64,000 bases of DNA from Bacilli bacterium (GCA_017432825.1 JAFRIJ010000003.1:2490-66489); one strand, 5' to 3'; positions 19,257 through 30,051 are shown, numbered from the stretch's first letter. Notes: a model not told the origin generated them from the letters alone. Translations and numbers: made by a program.

Positions 19257-20498
19257 ATGAATAAGAGAGTTGTAGATATTTTTAATGAAGCTGATAAGAA
19301 TTTAAAAGATATATTTAAAGATATAGATAAAAGAGAAGAAGTTAATAGTTTGAAAGTAATTAAAGCATTTAAAGATTGTAATGTTACAGAGGATTGCTTT
19401 AATATGACAACAGGATATGGGTATAATGACATTGGTAGAGATACTATTGAGAATGTTTTCGCTAGTATTTTTAAGGCTGAGGATGCTTTGGTTAGATGTC
19501 AATTTATATCTGGTACTCATGCTATATCTACTTGTTTATGGGCTTGTTTAAGGCCTAATGATATTATGTTATCTATTAGTGGTAAACCTTATGATACTTT
19601 AGATGAAGTAATTGGTATTTCTAGTAATGATAGTTCTCTTATGTCTTTTGGTATTAAATATATGCAGGTTGATTTAATTAATAATGATTTTGATTATGAT
19701 AGTATAAAAGACGTTATTACTAATAATAAAATTAAACTAATAGAGATCCAGCGTAGTAAGGGATATTCTACTAGAAAGAGTATTGATATTGATAAATTAG
19801 AAAGAGTTATTAAATTTATTAAAGATATAGATAAAGATATTATTATTATGATTGATAATTGTTATTGTGAATTTGTTTGTGAGAGAGAACCTATAGAAGT
19901 AGGTGCAGATATAGTAGTAGGTTCACTTATTAAAAATTTAGGTGGTGGCCTTGCTCCTAATGGTGGATATATAGTTGGTAGAAGTGATTTAATATCTTTA
20001 TGTGCTTCTAGATTAAATGTTGCTGGCGAAGGTAGAGAGGTTGGTCCTACTTTAGGGATTAATAAGTCTATTTTACAAGGTTTATTTATGGCTCCTAGTG
20101 TTGTTGCTAGTTCTTTAAAGGTTGCTGTTTTAACTAGTTATGTTTTTGAAAAATTAGGATATGATGTTGAACCTAAGTATAATGATTTGAGATCAGATAT
20201 TGTTCAGAATATTATTTTTAAAGATAAAAATAAACTTATTAAGTATTGTCAATCTATACAAAGTTATAGTCCTATTGATTCTTGTGTTAAACCTATTCCT
20301 TCACCTATGCCTGGTTATAGTGATGATGTTATTATGGCAGCAGGTACTTTTGTTCAGGGGTCATCTATTGAATTATCTTGTGATGGTCCTTTAAGATATC
20401 CTTTTATTGCTTATCAGCAAGGTTCACTTACTTATTATTATGGTAAAATTGCTGTTATGAATGCTGCTAGCGAATTATTAGAATATACTTGCAATTAA
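19257..20498 (+). CDS. PLP-dependent aluminium-resistance-family protein (YnbB-like, Cys/Met-metabolism C-S lyase fold)
   Basis: About 410 aa. The N-terminus (DIF..ADKNLKDIFKDID) and the TGYGYNDIGRD...FISGTHAIS region fit the YnbB/Alum_res family. Confidence 0.5.
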   Translation: MNKRVVDIFNEADKNLKDIFKDIDKREEVNSLKVIKAFKDCNVTEDCFNMTTGYGYNDIGRDTIENVFASIFKAEDALVRCQFISGTHAISTCLWACLRPNDIMLSISGKPYDTLDEVIGISSNDSSLMSFGIKYMQVDLINNDFDYDSIKDVITNNKIKLIEIQRSKGYSTRKSIDIDKLERVIKFIKDIDKDIIIMIDNCYCEFVCEREPIEVGADIVVGSLIKNLGGGLAPNGGYIVGRSDLISLCASRLNVAGEGREVGPTLGINKSILQGLFMAPSVVASSLKVAVLTSYVFEKLGYDVEPKYNDLRSDIVQNIIFKDKNKLIKYCQSIQSYSPIDSCVKPIPSPMPGYSDDVIMAAGTFVQGSSIELSCDGPLRYPFIAYQQGSLTYYYGKIAVMNAASELLEYTCN

Positions 20499-20545
20499 TT
20501 AATTTATATTATAAAATATATTTAGAATAGAATTATGGTGATATT

Positions 20546-21631
20546 ATGAATATGTTCTTTTTATCTTTGATTACGTCTAATCCTTGTGAGGATATTGGAG
20601 TATTAAGAGTAATTTTATTTATTAAGAGTCTGTTGAGTTATGCTTTAACATTAATACCTTTTGGTATTATGTTAATGATATCTATTGATTTTTTTAAGAA
20701 TGTTGTTTCTTCTTCTGAAGAACAGAAAAAGAATTTTATTATATTTATTAGAAGATGTATTTATTTAATTATAATATTTTTAATTCCTACTATTGTATCT
20801 ACTGTTGTTAATTTTTTTGATGAAGATCTTGAAGATACAATTGGTTCATATTCTAAATGTTTAGCTGTTACTTCTGAAAGTATTGATTTGTTAGTTAATG
20901 AACAAAAAAAAGAGTGTATTGATGGTTATGAGTGGGATGATTTAAATAATATTTGTGTTTATGTTGGTAAAGATTGGGATGTTATTGATGGGTCTCAATT
21001 AAATAGAAGAAATACTAATACTATACCTAAAAATACCAGTACGATTCCATCATCAAATGGTAATTTAATGAAAGCATATTCACAAAGTGATCCTAGTTGG
21101 AAAAATTATTCATATTGTTATGGTAAAAATAAAAAAGGTAAGGATAGTACTATTGGAACTTCTGGATGTGGCGCTACTGCTATTGCTTCAGTTGTAACTG
21201 GCTATGGAAATGATCATAATGCTACTCCTAAAACGGTTAGAGATTTTTTATGTAATAATAATCTTCATGGTAGTGGAGGGCTTGCTCATGATGTTCCAGT
21301 AAATAGCAAATTACTTAATTATTTTGGATTAACTGGGTTTAGAAAAAATATTTATACTGGTTCTAATTATAGCGAAAGTACTGCTAATTTAATAAAAAGT
21401 TATATTGATAGTAATCATGGTATTGTTATGTTGATTCCTGGCCATTATATTGCTTTGGGTAAGGGCGGTTGTGGTTCTGATGAAGTTCGTTTTTATTCTG
21501 GATCTAGTTCTATTAATAATTCTTGTGTTACGATGAAAGAGTTATGGAATAAAACTTACAACTGGAGAAATAGATGTTCTGATAATGGTAGATGTGGTTG
21601 GGATATTATATATGTTTATAATTCAAAATAA
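20546..21631 (+). CDS. polytopic membrane protein with C-terminal extracytoplasmic C39-like (papain-fold) cysteine peptidase domain; copy A of a duplicated module
   Basis: The N-terminal ~110 aa have 2-3 TM helices and are clearly paralogous to ORF 32490..33563. The C-domain carries GTSGCGATAIASV (Cys) and IPGHYIALGKGG (His), which looks like Peptidase_C39_2. Confidence 0.55.
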   Translation: MNMFFLSLITSNPCEDIGVLRVILFIKSLLSYALTLIPFGIMLMISIDFFKNVVSSSEEQKKNFIIFIRRCIYLIIIFLIPTIVSTVVNFFDEDLEDTIGSYSKCLAVTSESIDLLVNEQKKECIDGYEWDDLNNICVYVGKDWDVIDGSQLNRRNTNTIPKNTSTIPSSNGNLMKAYSQSDPSWKNYSYCYGKNKKGKDSTIGTSGCGATAIASVVTGYGNDHNATPKTVRDFLCNNNLHGSGGLAHDVPVNSKLLNYFGLTGFRKNIYTGSNYSESTANLIKSYIDSNHGIVMLIPGHYIALGKGGCGSDEVRFYSGSSSINNSCVTMKELWNKTYNWRNRCSDNGRCGWDIIYVYNSK

Positions 21632-21641
21632 GGAGGAAATT

Positions 21642-22373
21642 ATGAAAAAAGTTTTATTAATAAGTATTTGTTTATTATTATTAACGGGTTGTGGTTCTTC
21701 TAAATTAGAAGAGTATTCTGTTAATTATGATTTGAAAATTACTAATATTTTTGAAGAAAATATTACTGTTTCTTTACCAAAGAATGCATATTCTTTAATA
21801 GAAAAAGATAAGGATGTTGATGATTCTCCTGTTCCTATTGAATATACTTTATTAAAAGAAGATATATATCCTATATTCTCTAATCAGAAAATAAAGTATA
21901 AAAAGAATATTAAAAAATATAATAATGCAGTTGACGTTACATTAGCTTATAATTATCCTGAGAAATATTTTGTTTATAATAATTTAATTACTGCTTGTTT
22001 TGAGAATTATGATTTAATTAGTGGTGATGATTCTTTTGAGGTTAAATTATCTGGTCGTTATTCTTGCGGTGATCAAATTAAAAAGCTTAATGTTAATATA
22101 GATTCTAAATATAAAGTAATAGAATCTAATGGTAAAAAGAATGGTTCTTCATATTCTTGGAGTTTTGATAGTAAAGATTTTTCTAATATTTCTATTAATT
22201 ACAAAATTGCTAGAGATTATAAGAAGATGGCATTGGAAGCTAGTAATTCTTCTAAAGGTAATAATCGTAATACTGTTATTAGAAATCTGAGAATTGCTAT
22301 TATTGCTATTATGGTTTTTGTAGTTATTGGTTTTGTAATTAGATTTTATTTTATGAGAAAGGAAGAGTATTAA
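21642..22373 (+). CDS. lipoprotein with C-terminal TM anchor; partner of module copy A
   Basis: RBS AGGAGG, lipobox LLLTGCGSS, and a C-terminal TM. KLEEYSVNYDLKITN resembles SLEEYNYDVSYKKEN in ORF 33568. Confidence 0.55.
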   Translation: MKKVLLISICLLLLTGCGSSKLEEYSVNYDLKITNIFEENITVSLPKNAYSLIEKDKDVDDSPVPIEYTLLKEDIYPIFSNQKIKYKKNIKKYNNAVDVTLAYNYPEKYFVYNNLITACFENYDLISGDDSFEVKLSGRYSCGDQIKKLNVNIDSKYKVIESNGKKNGSSYSWSFDSKDFSNISINYKIARDYKKMALEASNSSKGNNRNTVIRNLRIAIIAIMVFVVIGFVIRFYFMRKEEY

Positions 22374-22375
22374 GA

Positions 22376-22405
22376 GGTTGAATAAGTTTAACTTATTCAA
22401 TTTTT
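22376..22405 (+). terminator. intrinsic terminator TTGAATAAGTT-TAACTTATTCAA
   Basis: An 11-bp inverted repeat followed by a T-run. Confidence 0.55.
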
Positions 22406-22459
22406 CTTGATAATAATTATTTAGTAGATTATAATAAATACTATAGAAAAGGTGATATT

Positions 22460-24088
22460 ATGACTGATATTGAAATTCAGGAAAGAAGTAGTAAATTAAA
22501 TATTGTTGATGTTGCTAAAAAGATTGGTGTTGAAAATAATATTGAACTATATGGTAGCGATAAAGCTAAGATTAATTATAATTTGATTGATGGTAAATCT
22601 AATGGTAGATTAATATTAGTTACTTCTATTAATCCTACTCCTTATGGCGAAGGTAAAACTACTGTTAGTATTGGATTAAATGATGGATTAAATAAAATTG
22701 ATAAAAAGAGTATTGCTGTATTAAGAGAGCCTTCTTTGGGACCTGTATTTGGTGTTAAAGGTGGAGCTACTGGTGGAGGATATTCTCAAGTTATGCCTAT
22801 TTCTGATATTAATCTTCATTTTACGGGAGATTTACATGCTATAACTAGTGCTAATGATTTGATAAGTGCTGCTATTGATAATCATATTTATTATGGTAAT
22901 GAGCTTAATATTGATATTAATAATATTTGTTTTAGAAGATGTTTAGATGTTAATGACAGGGCTTTAAGAAGTGTTAATTTAAGTAATAGAGAAGAACATT
23001 TTAATATTACTGCTGCTAGTGAAGTTATGAGTGTTTTATGTTTAAGTAATGATTTAATGGATTTAAAGAAAAATCTTGGTAATATATTGGTTGCTTATAA
23101 TGTTAAGGGAGAACCTATTTATGTTTCTGATTTAAAATTAGAAGGAGCTTTAACTGTTATTCTTAAGGATGCTATTAAACCTAATTTGGTTCAGTCTTTA
23201 GAGAATAATCCTGTTATTATTCATGGTGGTCCTTTTGCAAATATAGCACATGGATGTAATAGTATTATTGCTACTAAATTAGGATTGAAGATAGCAGATT
23301 ATGTTGTTACAGAAGCTGGTTTTGGTTCCGATTTAGGTGCTTCTAAATTTTTTGATATTAAGTGTAGATATGCAAATTTAAAACCTAGTTGTGTTGTTAT
23401 AGTAGCGACTACTAAGGCTTTAAAGTATAATGCTGGTATATCAAAAGAAGATATTTTAAAACCTGATGTAAATGCTTTAAAGAGAGGTATATGTAATTTA
23501 GATGCTCATATAGATAATATGCTTAAATATACTAATAATATTATTGTTGCTTTAAATAAATATGATACTGATACTACAGAAGAGATTAATTATATTAAGG
23601 ATTATGTATTAAGAAGAGGAATTGACTTTGAAATAAATGATTCTTATTTAAATGGTGGAGATGGTGCTATTTTATTAGCAAATAAGGTAGTAGATATATG
23701 TGATAGAGCTAATGATTTTAAATTATTATATGATACAAATTTAAGTATTAAGGAAAAGATTGATATTATATGTAAGAATATATTTCATGCTGGTATTATT
23801 AATTATAGTGATATTAGTAATAAGAAGATAAGAATGATAGAGAGTATTGGAAAAGATAAATTACCAGTATGTGTTGCTAAGACACAGTATTCTATATCTG
23901 ATGATCCTAAAAAATTAGGATATCCTAAAGATTATGATATAACTGTTAAAGATATAAATGTTTATACAGGAGCAGGTTTTATTGTTGTATATTTAGGTGA
24001 TATTATGACTATGCCTGGTTTATCTAGACATTCTAATTATGAAAATATAGATATAGATAATAATTATAATATAAAAGGAATATTTTAA
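22460..24088 (+). CDS. fhs: formate--tetrahydrofolate ligase
   Basis: PTPYGEGKTT, REPSLGPVFGVKGGATGGGYSQV and DINLHFTGD are a near-canonical FTHFS match. Confidence 0.95.
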   Translation: MTDIEIQERSSKLNIVDVAKKIGVENNIELYGSDKAKINYNLIDGKSNGRLILVTSINPTPYGEGKTTVSIGLNDGLNKIDKKSIAVLREPSLGPVFGVKGGATGGGYSQVMPISDINLHFTGDLHAITSANDLISAAIDNHIYYGNELNIDINNICFRRCLDVNDRALRSVNLSNREEHFNITAASEVMSVLCLSNDLMDLKKNLGNILVAYNVKGEPIYVSDLKLEGALTVILKDAIKPNLVQSLENNPVIIHGGPFANIAHGCNSIIATKLGLKIADYVVTEAGFGSDLGASKFFDIKCRYANLKPSCVVIVATTKALKYNAGISKEDILKPDVNALKRGICNLDAHIDNMLKYTNNIIVALNKYDTDTTEEINYIKDYVLRRGIDFEINDSYLNGGDGAILLANKVVDICDRANDFKLLYDTNLSIKEKIDIICKNIFHAGIINYSDISNKKIRMIESIGKDKLPVCVAKTQYSISDDPKKLGYPKDYDITVKDINVYTGAGFIVVYLGDIMTMPGLSRHSNYENIDIDNNYNIKGIF

Positions 24089-25164
24089 TGTATATATACA
24101 TTCATATTCCTTTTTGTACTTCTATTTGTTCTTATTGTGATTTTCCTAAGTTATTGTATTGTAATAAATATATAGATAAGTATTTAGATTCTTTAGAAAA
24201 AGAAATTAAATCTAGATATAATAATGAATTAGTTAAATCTATTTATATAGGTGGGGGGACACCTACTAGTTTAAGTTATAATGAATTAGAAAGATTACTT
24301 ATTATTATTAATAATTTTAATATAGATAATGATATAGAGTATACAATTGAGTCTAATGTAGAGAGTTTAGATATAGATAAGATTAAATTACTTAATAAAT
24401 ATAATGTTAATAGAGTTAGTTTAGGTGTGCAATCTTTTGATGATAATGTTTTAAAAGAATTAAATAGACATCATACTAAGGATGATGTTTATAGAGTTAT
24501 TAATGAATTAAAGAAGAATAATATTACTAATATTAATATTGATTTAATATATGGTGTTAATGATAATCTAGATATATTAAAGAAAGATATAGAATACTTT
24601 TTAGAATTGAATATTCCTCATATATCTTGTTATAGTTTGATTATAGAGAATAATACTTTGTTTGGTATTAATAATAGAGAATATATTGATGATAATATAG
24701 ATTTTGATATGTATAAATATATAGAAGATAAACTTACTAATAATAATTATATTCATTATGAAGTTAGTAATTATTCTAAGAATGGATATCAATCTATTCA
24801 TAATCTTAATTATTGGAATAATCTTTGTTATTATGGTTTTGGCATGGGAGCTGTTAGTTATATAGATAATTATAGAATTAGTAATACTAAAAACTTATCT
24901 AAATATTTAAATGGTGAATATATAGATAATACTATTTATGAAGATGAAGATATACAAAAATCTAATACATTAATACTAGGGTTAAGAAAAGTTGGTGGTA
25001 TTAATGTATTAGAGTTTAAAAATAGATATAATAAAGATATTAGAGATTGTTATAATATTAAGGAATTAATTAAAGATAATAAACTTATTCTTAAAGATAA
25101 TTATTTGTATATTAATCCTAAATATTTTTATTTATCTAATGATATATTAATTAATTTTATTTAA
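24088..25164 (+). CDS. hemW: radical SAM heme chaperone HemW (oxygen-independent coproporphyrinogen-III oxidase-like)
   Basis: IHIPFCTSICSYCDF (CxxxCxxC). The size and the HemN_C-like tail fit HemW. Confidence 0.8.
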   Translation: MYIYIHIPFCTSICSYCDFPKLLYCNKYIDKYLDSLEKEIKSRYNNELVKSIYIGGGTPTSLSYNELERLLIIINNFNIDNDIEYTIESNVESLDIDKIKLLNKYNVNRVSLGVQSFDDNVLKELNRHHTKDDVYRVINELKKNNITNINIDLIYGVNDNLDILKKDIEYFLELNIPHISCYSLIIENNTLFGINNREYIDDNIDFDMYKYIEDKLTNNNYIHYEVSNYSKNGYQSIHNLNYWNNLCYYGFGMGAVSYIDNYRISNTKNLSKYLNGEYIDNTIYEDEDIQKSNTLILGLRKVGGINVLEFKNRYNKDIRDCYNIKELIKDNKLILKDNYLYINPKYFYLSNDILINFI

Positions 25165-25212
25165 TTTAGTGTTAATTTATGATATAATGTTTTTTTAGAG
25201 AGAAGGGTTATT

Positions 25213-26856
25213 ATGACTAATAAAAATTTAGCAGATTTAATATTACCTAATATTACTAAAACTATTGATGATTTAAGACGTGAGTATCCTAAGAGAGAAG
25301 TAGAGGGGGAAGTAACTAGAGTTGCTCCATCTCCTACAGGGTATTTTCATATTGGTGGTATGTATCAGACTTTAATAGATAATATGATTGCTAGAAATAG
25401 TAATGGTGTTTTTTATGTTAGAATTGAAGACACTGATAGTAAGAGAAAAGTAGATGACGCTGTTGAGTTAATATATGACACATTAAAAAATTATGATTTA
25501 ATGCCTAATGAATATCAAGAAAAAGATAGAATTGTTGGTAATTATGGACCTTATGTACAAAGTGAAAGAAAAGAAATATATCAAGTGTTTATTAAATATT
25601 TAATTGAAATAGGTAGAGCATATCCTTGTTTTTGTAGTAAAGACAAGTTAGATGAAGTAAGAGAAAGACAAGAAAGATATAAGCAAAGGACTGGTTATTA
25701 TGGACCTTATTCAACTTGTAGGAAGTTATCTATAGATGAAGCTTATGAAAGGGTTAAGAATGGAGAAAACTATATAATTAGATTTAAATCTAAGGGTAAT
25801 TTTGATGAAAAGTTTAGATTTGATGATTTAGTTAAGGGTAGATTGTTACTTCCAGAAAATGATGAGGATTTTGTTATTATGAAGGCTGATGGACTTCCTA
25901 CTTATCATTTTGCTCATTTAGTCGATGATTATTTAATGGGTACTACTATTGTTGTTAGAGGAGAGGAATGGATTAGTTCTCTTCCTAAGCATGTTGAATT
26001 ATTCAATACTTTTGGTTTTGATTTACCTAAGTATATTCATACTCCTAATATTATGAAGAAAGATGAAGAGACTGGTAAATTAAGAAAGATTAGTAAAAGA
26101 AAAGATCCTGAAGCTTCTATGAGTTATTATAAGGAACATGGATATCCTACACTTGCTGTTATAGAATCTTTAATGACTATTATTAATACTAATTATGAAC
26201 AGTGGCATACTAATAATCCAGAAAAGAGTTATTTAGATTTTGTATATGATCCTAAGAAAATGAGTGCATCTGGTGGTTTATATGATTTAGATAAGTTAAT
26301 TAATATTTCTAAGACTGTTATATCTAAGATGACTAAAGAAGAATTATGTGAGAAAGCTTATGATTGGGCTTGTAGTTACAATGAAGATTTAAAGGAATTA
26401 ATAGATAGAGATAGAGACTATTTTATGAATATTATTAATATAGAGAGATGCCAAAAGAAACCTAGAAAAGATATTGCTAAGTATGAAGATATTGTTGATA
26501 ATATTTGGTTTATGTATGATGATTTATATGAATCTAGAGATAAAGATTTTGATTGGCAAGTAATTAATGATAAGGAAGAAATTAAGAATATTTTAGATAC
26601 ATATATGGATAAATATTTTAATATTGATGATAAGGATAGTTGGTTTAATGGTGTTAGAGATTTAACTAATGAACTTGGTTATTGTGCTAATATGAAAGAA
26701 TATAAGGAAGATCCTTCTAAGTATAAGGGTAGTGTTGCAGATATTTCTACTGTATTAAGAGTTGGTTTAACTAGTAAATCTATGAGTCCTGATTTATATG
26801 AAATTATGAGATTACTTGGTAAGGATAGAATACTTAAAAGATATAAAAATATATAG
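25213..26856 (+). CDS. gltX: glutamate--tRNA ligase
   Basis: RVAPSPTGYFHIGG (HIGH) and KISKRK (KMSKS). Confidence 0.9.
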   Translation: MTNKNLADLILPNITKTIDDLRREYPKREVEGEVTRVAPSPTGYFHIGGMYQTLIDNMIARNSNGVFYVRIEDTDSKRKVDDAVELIYDTLKNYDLMPNEYQEKDRIVGNYGPYVQSERKEIYQVFIKYLIEIGRAYPCFCSKDKLDEVRERQERYKQRTGYYGPYSTCRKLSIDEAYERVKNGENYIIRFKSKGNFDEKFRFDDLVKGRLLLPENDEDFVIMKADGLPTYHFAHLVDDYLMGTTIVVRGEEWISSLPKHVELFNTFGFDLPKYIHTPNIMKKDEETGKLRKISKRKDPEASMSYYKEHGYPTLAVIESLMTIINTNYEQWHTNNPEKSYLDFVYDPKKMSASGGLYDLDKLINISKTVISKMTKEELCEKAYDWACSYNEDLKELIDRDRDYFMNIINIERCQKKPRKDIAKYEDIVDNIWFMYDDLYESRDKDFDWQVINDKEEIKNILDTYMDKYFNIDDKDSWFNGVRDLTNELGYCANMKEYKEDPSKYKGSVADISTVLRVGLTSKSMSPDLYEIMRLLGKDRILKRYKNI

Positions 26857-26864
26857 GAGGAGTT

Positions 26865-27980
26865 ATGAATAAGAATATACCTATTACTTTACTTACTGGT
26901 TATTTGGGTAGTGGTAAGACTACTTTAATTAATTATATTCTTAAAAACAATGATAATAAAAAGATTGCAATTATTGTTAATGATATTGGTAGTGTTAATA
27001 TAGATGCTTCTTTAATAGAGAAAGATGGTATTGTATCTAAGAAGGATGAATCTTTAGTTGCATTATCTAATGGATGTATTTGTTGTAATTTAAAGATGGA
27101 TTTAGTTGAACAAATATTTGAAATAATAAAGCAAGATAAATTTGATCATATTATAATAGAAGCTAGTGGAATATGTGAACCTATTCCTATTGCTCAAACT
27201 ATTTCTATGATAAATGAAATGTATAGGGCTAATTTATGTCATATTGATAGTATTGTTACTATTACTGATGCTTTAAGATTAGCTTCTGAATTTGGTTGTG
27301 GGGAATATTTAATTAAAGATGATATTAAAGATGATGATTTAGAAAAATTAATTATTGAGCAATTAGAATTTTGTAATGTTATTATATTAAATAAAGTTAG
27401 TGAATTAGATGATGAATCTAGGAATGAAGTTAAGGGTATTATTAGACAGATTCAACCTAATGCTAAGATGATTGAAGCTAATTATGCTGAGGTTGATATT
27501 AATGAAATATTAGATACTAAATTATTTGATTTTAATGAAGCTTCTATGTCTGCTGGTTGGATTAGTGCTTTAGATAATCATGAGGAAGAAGAGGAATCAT
27601 CTGAGATATTAGAATATGGAATAGAAACTTTTGTATATTATAGAAGAGGTCCTTTTAATAGAAGTAAGTTCTATAAATTTGTAGATAGTATTTGGGATAA
27701 GTCTATTATTAGAACTAAAGGTGTAGTATATTTTAGTGATGAAGTTAATATGGCTTATATGTTTGAATCTGCTGGTAATAGTAAAAATTTAGTTCCTACT
27801 GGTCCTTGGATATCTGATTTAAGTAAAGAGGAACAACAATCTATAATTATTGCTAATCCTGATATTATGGATGATTGGGATCCTGAATATGGTGATAAGA
27901 TGATAAAAATTGTTATTATTGGTAAGAATATTGATAAAGAAAGTCTTGTTTCTAAATTAGATAGTTTTTTAGATAAATAA
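26865..27980 (+). CDS. CobW/YciC-family GTPase (COG0523 zinc-metallochaperone-like)
   Basis: P-loop GYLGSGKTTLIN, CICCN metal motif, and a CobW_C-like tail. Confidence 0.75.
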   Translation: MNKNIPITLLTGYLGSGKTTLINYILKNNDNKKIAIIVNDIGSVNIDASLIEKDGIVSKKDESLVALSNGCICCNLKMDLVEQIFEIIKQDKFDHIIIEASGICEPIPIAQTISMINEMYRANLCHIDSIVTITDALRLASEFGCGEYLIKDDIKDDDLEKLIIEQLEFCNVIILNKVSELDDESRNEVKGIIRQIQPNAKMIEANYAEVDINEILDTKLFDFNEASMSAGWISALDNHEEEEESSEILEYGIETFVYYRRGPFNRSKFYKFVDSIWDKSIIRTKGVVYFSDEVNMAYMFESAGNSKNLVPTGPWISDLSKEEQQSIIIANPDIMDDWDPEYGDKMIKIVIIGKNIDKESLVSKLDSFLDK

Positions 27981-28000
27981 ATGGATTAAATAATCCATTT
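27981..28000 (+). terminator. terminator hairpin ATGGATTA-AA-TAATCCAT
   Basis: Perfect 8-bp stem immediately after the stop. The T-tract is weak. Confidence 0.4.
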
Positions 28001-28003
28001 AAT

Positions 28004-28080
<77 letters not shown>

Positions 28081-28092
28081 TTATATTTGTAA

Positions 28093-28125
28093 TTAAAGAA
28101 TAATTTATTTTATTCTTTTTTTATG
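28093..28125 (+). terminator. intrinsic terminator AAAGAATAA-N-TTATTCTTT + T8
   Basis: Hairpin plus T-tract downstream of the tRNA. Confidence 0.55.
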
Positions 28126-28198
28126 TTTGTTTTTAGTTAATTATACTGATTTTTAATTATTCTTTTTTATATAATTATAATAGGAGTAGAGTGATAAG

Positions 28199-30022
28199 AT
28201 GTATAATATTGTACCTGTTAAAGAGAATAAAGATGGTTGTGATTATTTAGTTACTGTTAAGGTTCCTATGGATATGGGGTGGATTCATTGTGTATCTTTT
28301 AATATTGATGGGATGAATTTTTCTTTGAGTCATATTAGGAATGATGATAGATATAGTTATTTTTCTAGTGTAGTTAGTTTATCTACTAAAGCTGTATATC
28401 ATTATTATTTTTCTTTTATTTCTAATAATAAGAAATATTATATTGGTAAAGATAATTCTATTTTAGATAATATTTCTTTTGAAAATATGGATAAGATTAG
28501 TGTTAATTTTGAAGTTCCTTCTTGGGTAAAGGGAAAGATTATGTATCATATTTTTGTTGATAGATTTAGAAAGAGTAATAATAATTTATTAGTACCTATA
28601 TCTAATAGAAATATTCATTATAGTTTTGATGAAGATATGATTATTGGACCTGATTCTAAAGGTATATGGAATAATGATTTTTATGGTGGTAATTTAGAAG
28701 GTATTATGGAGTCTTTACCATATATTAAGTCTTTAGGTGTTAGTATTATTTATTTAAGTCCTATAGTACTTAGTCAATCTAATCATAGATATGATGCTTC
28801 TGATTATAGTGTAGTTGATACTTATGTTGGAAGTAATGATGATTTAAAAAGATTATGTGATAAGGCTCATTCTATGGATATTAAAATTGTGTTAGATGCT
28901 GTATTTAATCATACTGGTAATGATAGTAAGTATTTTAATCAATATGGTAATTTTAATGAGTTAGGTGCATATCAGAGTGATAAATCTAAATATTATTCTT
29001 TTTATCGTAAGCATTATTATAATAATAATACTTATTTTGATTATTGGTGGGGTATGAAGAATTTACCTGTATGTGATTCTAATTCTTTAGAATGGCAAGA
29101 GTATATATGTGGTACTGGTGGTATTATCGATTTGTGGTTTAGTTTAGGCATTGATGGGTTAAGGTTAGATGTAGCTGATGAATTATCTGATGATTTTATT
29201 TATGAGATTAGAAATGCTGTTAAGAGGAATAAATCTGATGGATTTATATTAGGAGAGGTATGGAAGAATCCTATGAGAATGAATAGGGGTTATTTGTCTT
29301 CTGGTAGGGGAATGGATTCTGTTATGAATTATCCTTTAGCAGATTCTTTAATTAGATATTTTAAGTATTCTGATGTATATAAATTATCAGATGTATTAAA
29401 GCAAATTGTTAATGAATATCCTGATGATACTATTAATTCTTTAATGAATTTTACTTCTACGCATGATATTAGTAGAGCTATTAATATATTTTCTTCTAAT
29501 GAATTTAATTATTATGGTGAATGGGCATGGGATTTGAATAATAATGATAGAAATTGGCAAAAGGAATATAAATTAACTGATAAACAATATAAATATGGTA
29601 AGAGTATGTATAAGGCTTATGTTTATTCTTTAGTATTTTTACCTGGTATTTTATCTATATTTTATGGTGATGAAGCTGGTTTGCAGGGTATGGGTAATTT
29701 AGCTAATAGAAAGCCTTTTCCTTGGAATAGTTATGATTATGATATGTTAGATTATTTTAAATATATTGGTAATGTTAGAAATAAGGAAACATTTTTATGT
29801 GATGCTAAATTAAATGTTATCGATATAAATAATAATTATTTTATGTTTGAAAGATATAGTAAAGATGAGAGTGCACTTATTACTATTAATAGATCTTATA
29901 ATAGTTTAAATGTTAAATATCCAAATGTTTATTGTAATTATGATGGTATTTATTCTTTAAATAATTCTTCTTTGGATGAATTAAGACCACATGGTGGGTT
30001 AGTTTTAAAAAAGAAAAAATAA
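28199..30022 (+). CDS. GH13 alpha-amylase family glycosidase (neopullulanase/cyclomaltodextrinase-like)
   Basis: GLRLDVADEL (nucleophile Asp), LGEVW (acid/base Glu), FTSTHD (third catalytic Asp) and DAVFNHTG (region I). An N-terminal N-domain is present. Confidence 0.85.
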   Translation: MYNIVPVKENKDGCDYLVTVKVPMDMGWIHCVSFNIDGMNFSLSHIRNDDRYSYFSSVVSLSTKAVYHYYFSFISNNKKYYIGKDNSILDNISFENMDKISVNFEVPSWVKGKIMYHIFVDRFRKSNNNLLVPISNRNIHYSFDEDMIIGPDSKGIWNNDFYGGNLEGIMESLPYIKSLGVSIIYLSPIVLSQSNHRYDASDYSVVDTYVGSNDDLKRLCDKAHSMDIKIVLDAVFNHTGNDSKYFNQYGNFNELGAYQSDKSKYYSFYRKHYYNNNTYFDYWWGMKNLPVCDSNSLEWQEYICGTGGIIDLWFSLGIDGLRLDVADELSDDFIYEIRNAVKRNKSDGFILGEVWKNPMRMNRGYLSSGRGMDSVMNYPLADSLIRYFKYSDVYKLSDVLKQIVNEYPDDTINSLMNFTSTHDISRAINIFSSNEFNYYGEWAWDLNNNDRNWQKEYKLTDKQYKYGKSMYKAYVYSLVFLPGILSIFYGDEAGLQGMGNLANRKPFPWNSYDYDMLDYFKYIGNVRNKETFLCDAKLNVIDINNNYFMFERYSKDESALITINRSYNSLNVKYPNVYCNYDGIYSLNNSSLDELRPHGGLVLKKKK

Positions 30023-30042
30023 TTTATTAATTTAAATATTTA

Positions 30043-30051
30043 TGTTATAAT
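30043..30051 (+). promoter_or_regulatory. extended -10 TGTTATAAT (TTTATGTTATAAT motif)
   Basis: Motif instance about 20 nt upstream of RBS AGGAGG and the ATG at 30071. Confidence 0.4.

Noticed and set aside
19217-19520. Two minus-strand ORFs (71 and 72 aa) overlapping the 5' end of the YnbB-like gene
   Set aside because: They are antisense to a supported CDS and have low-complexity translations.
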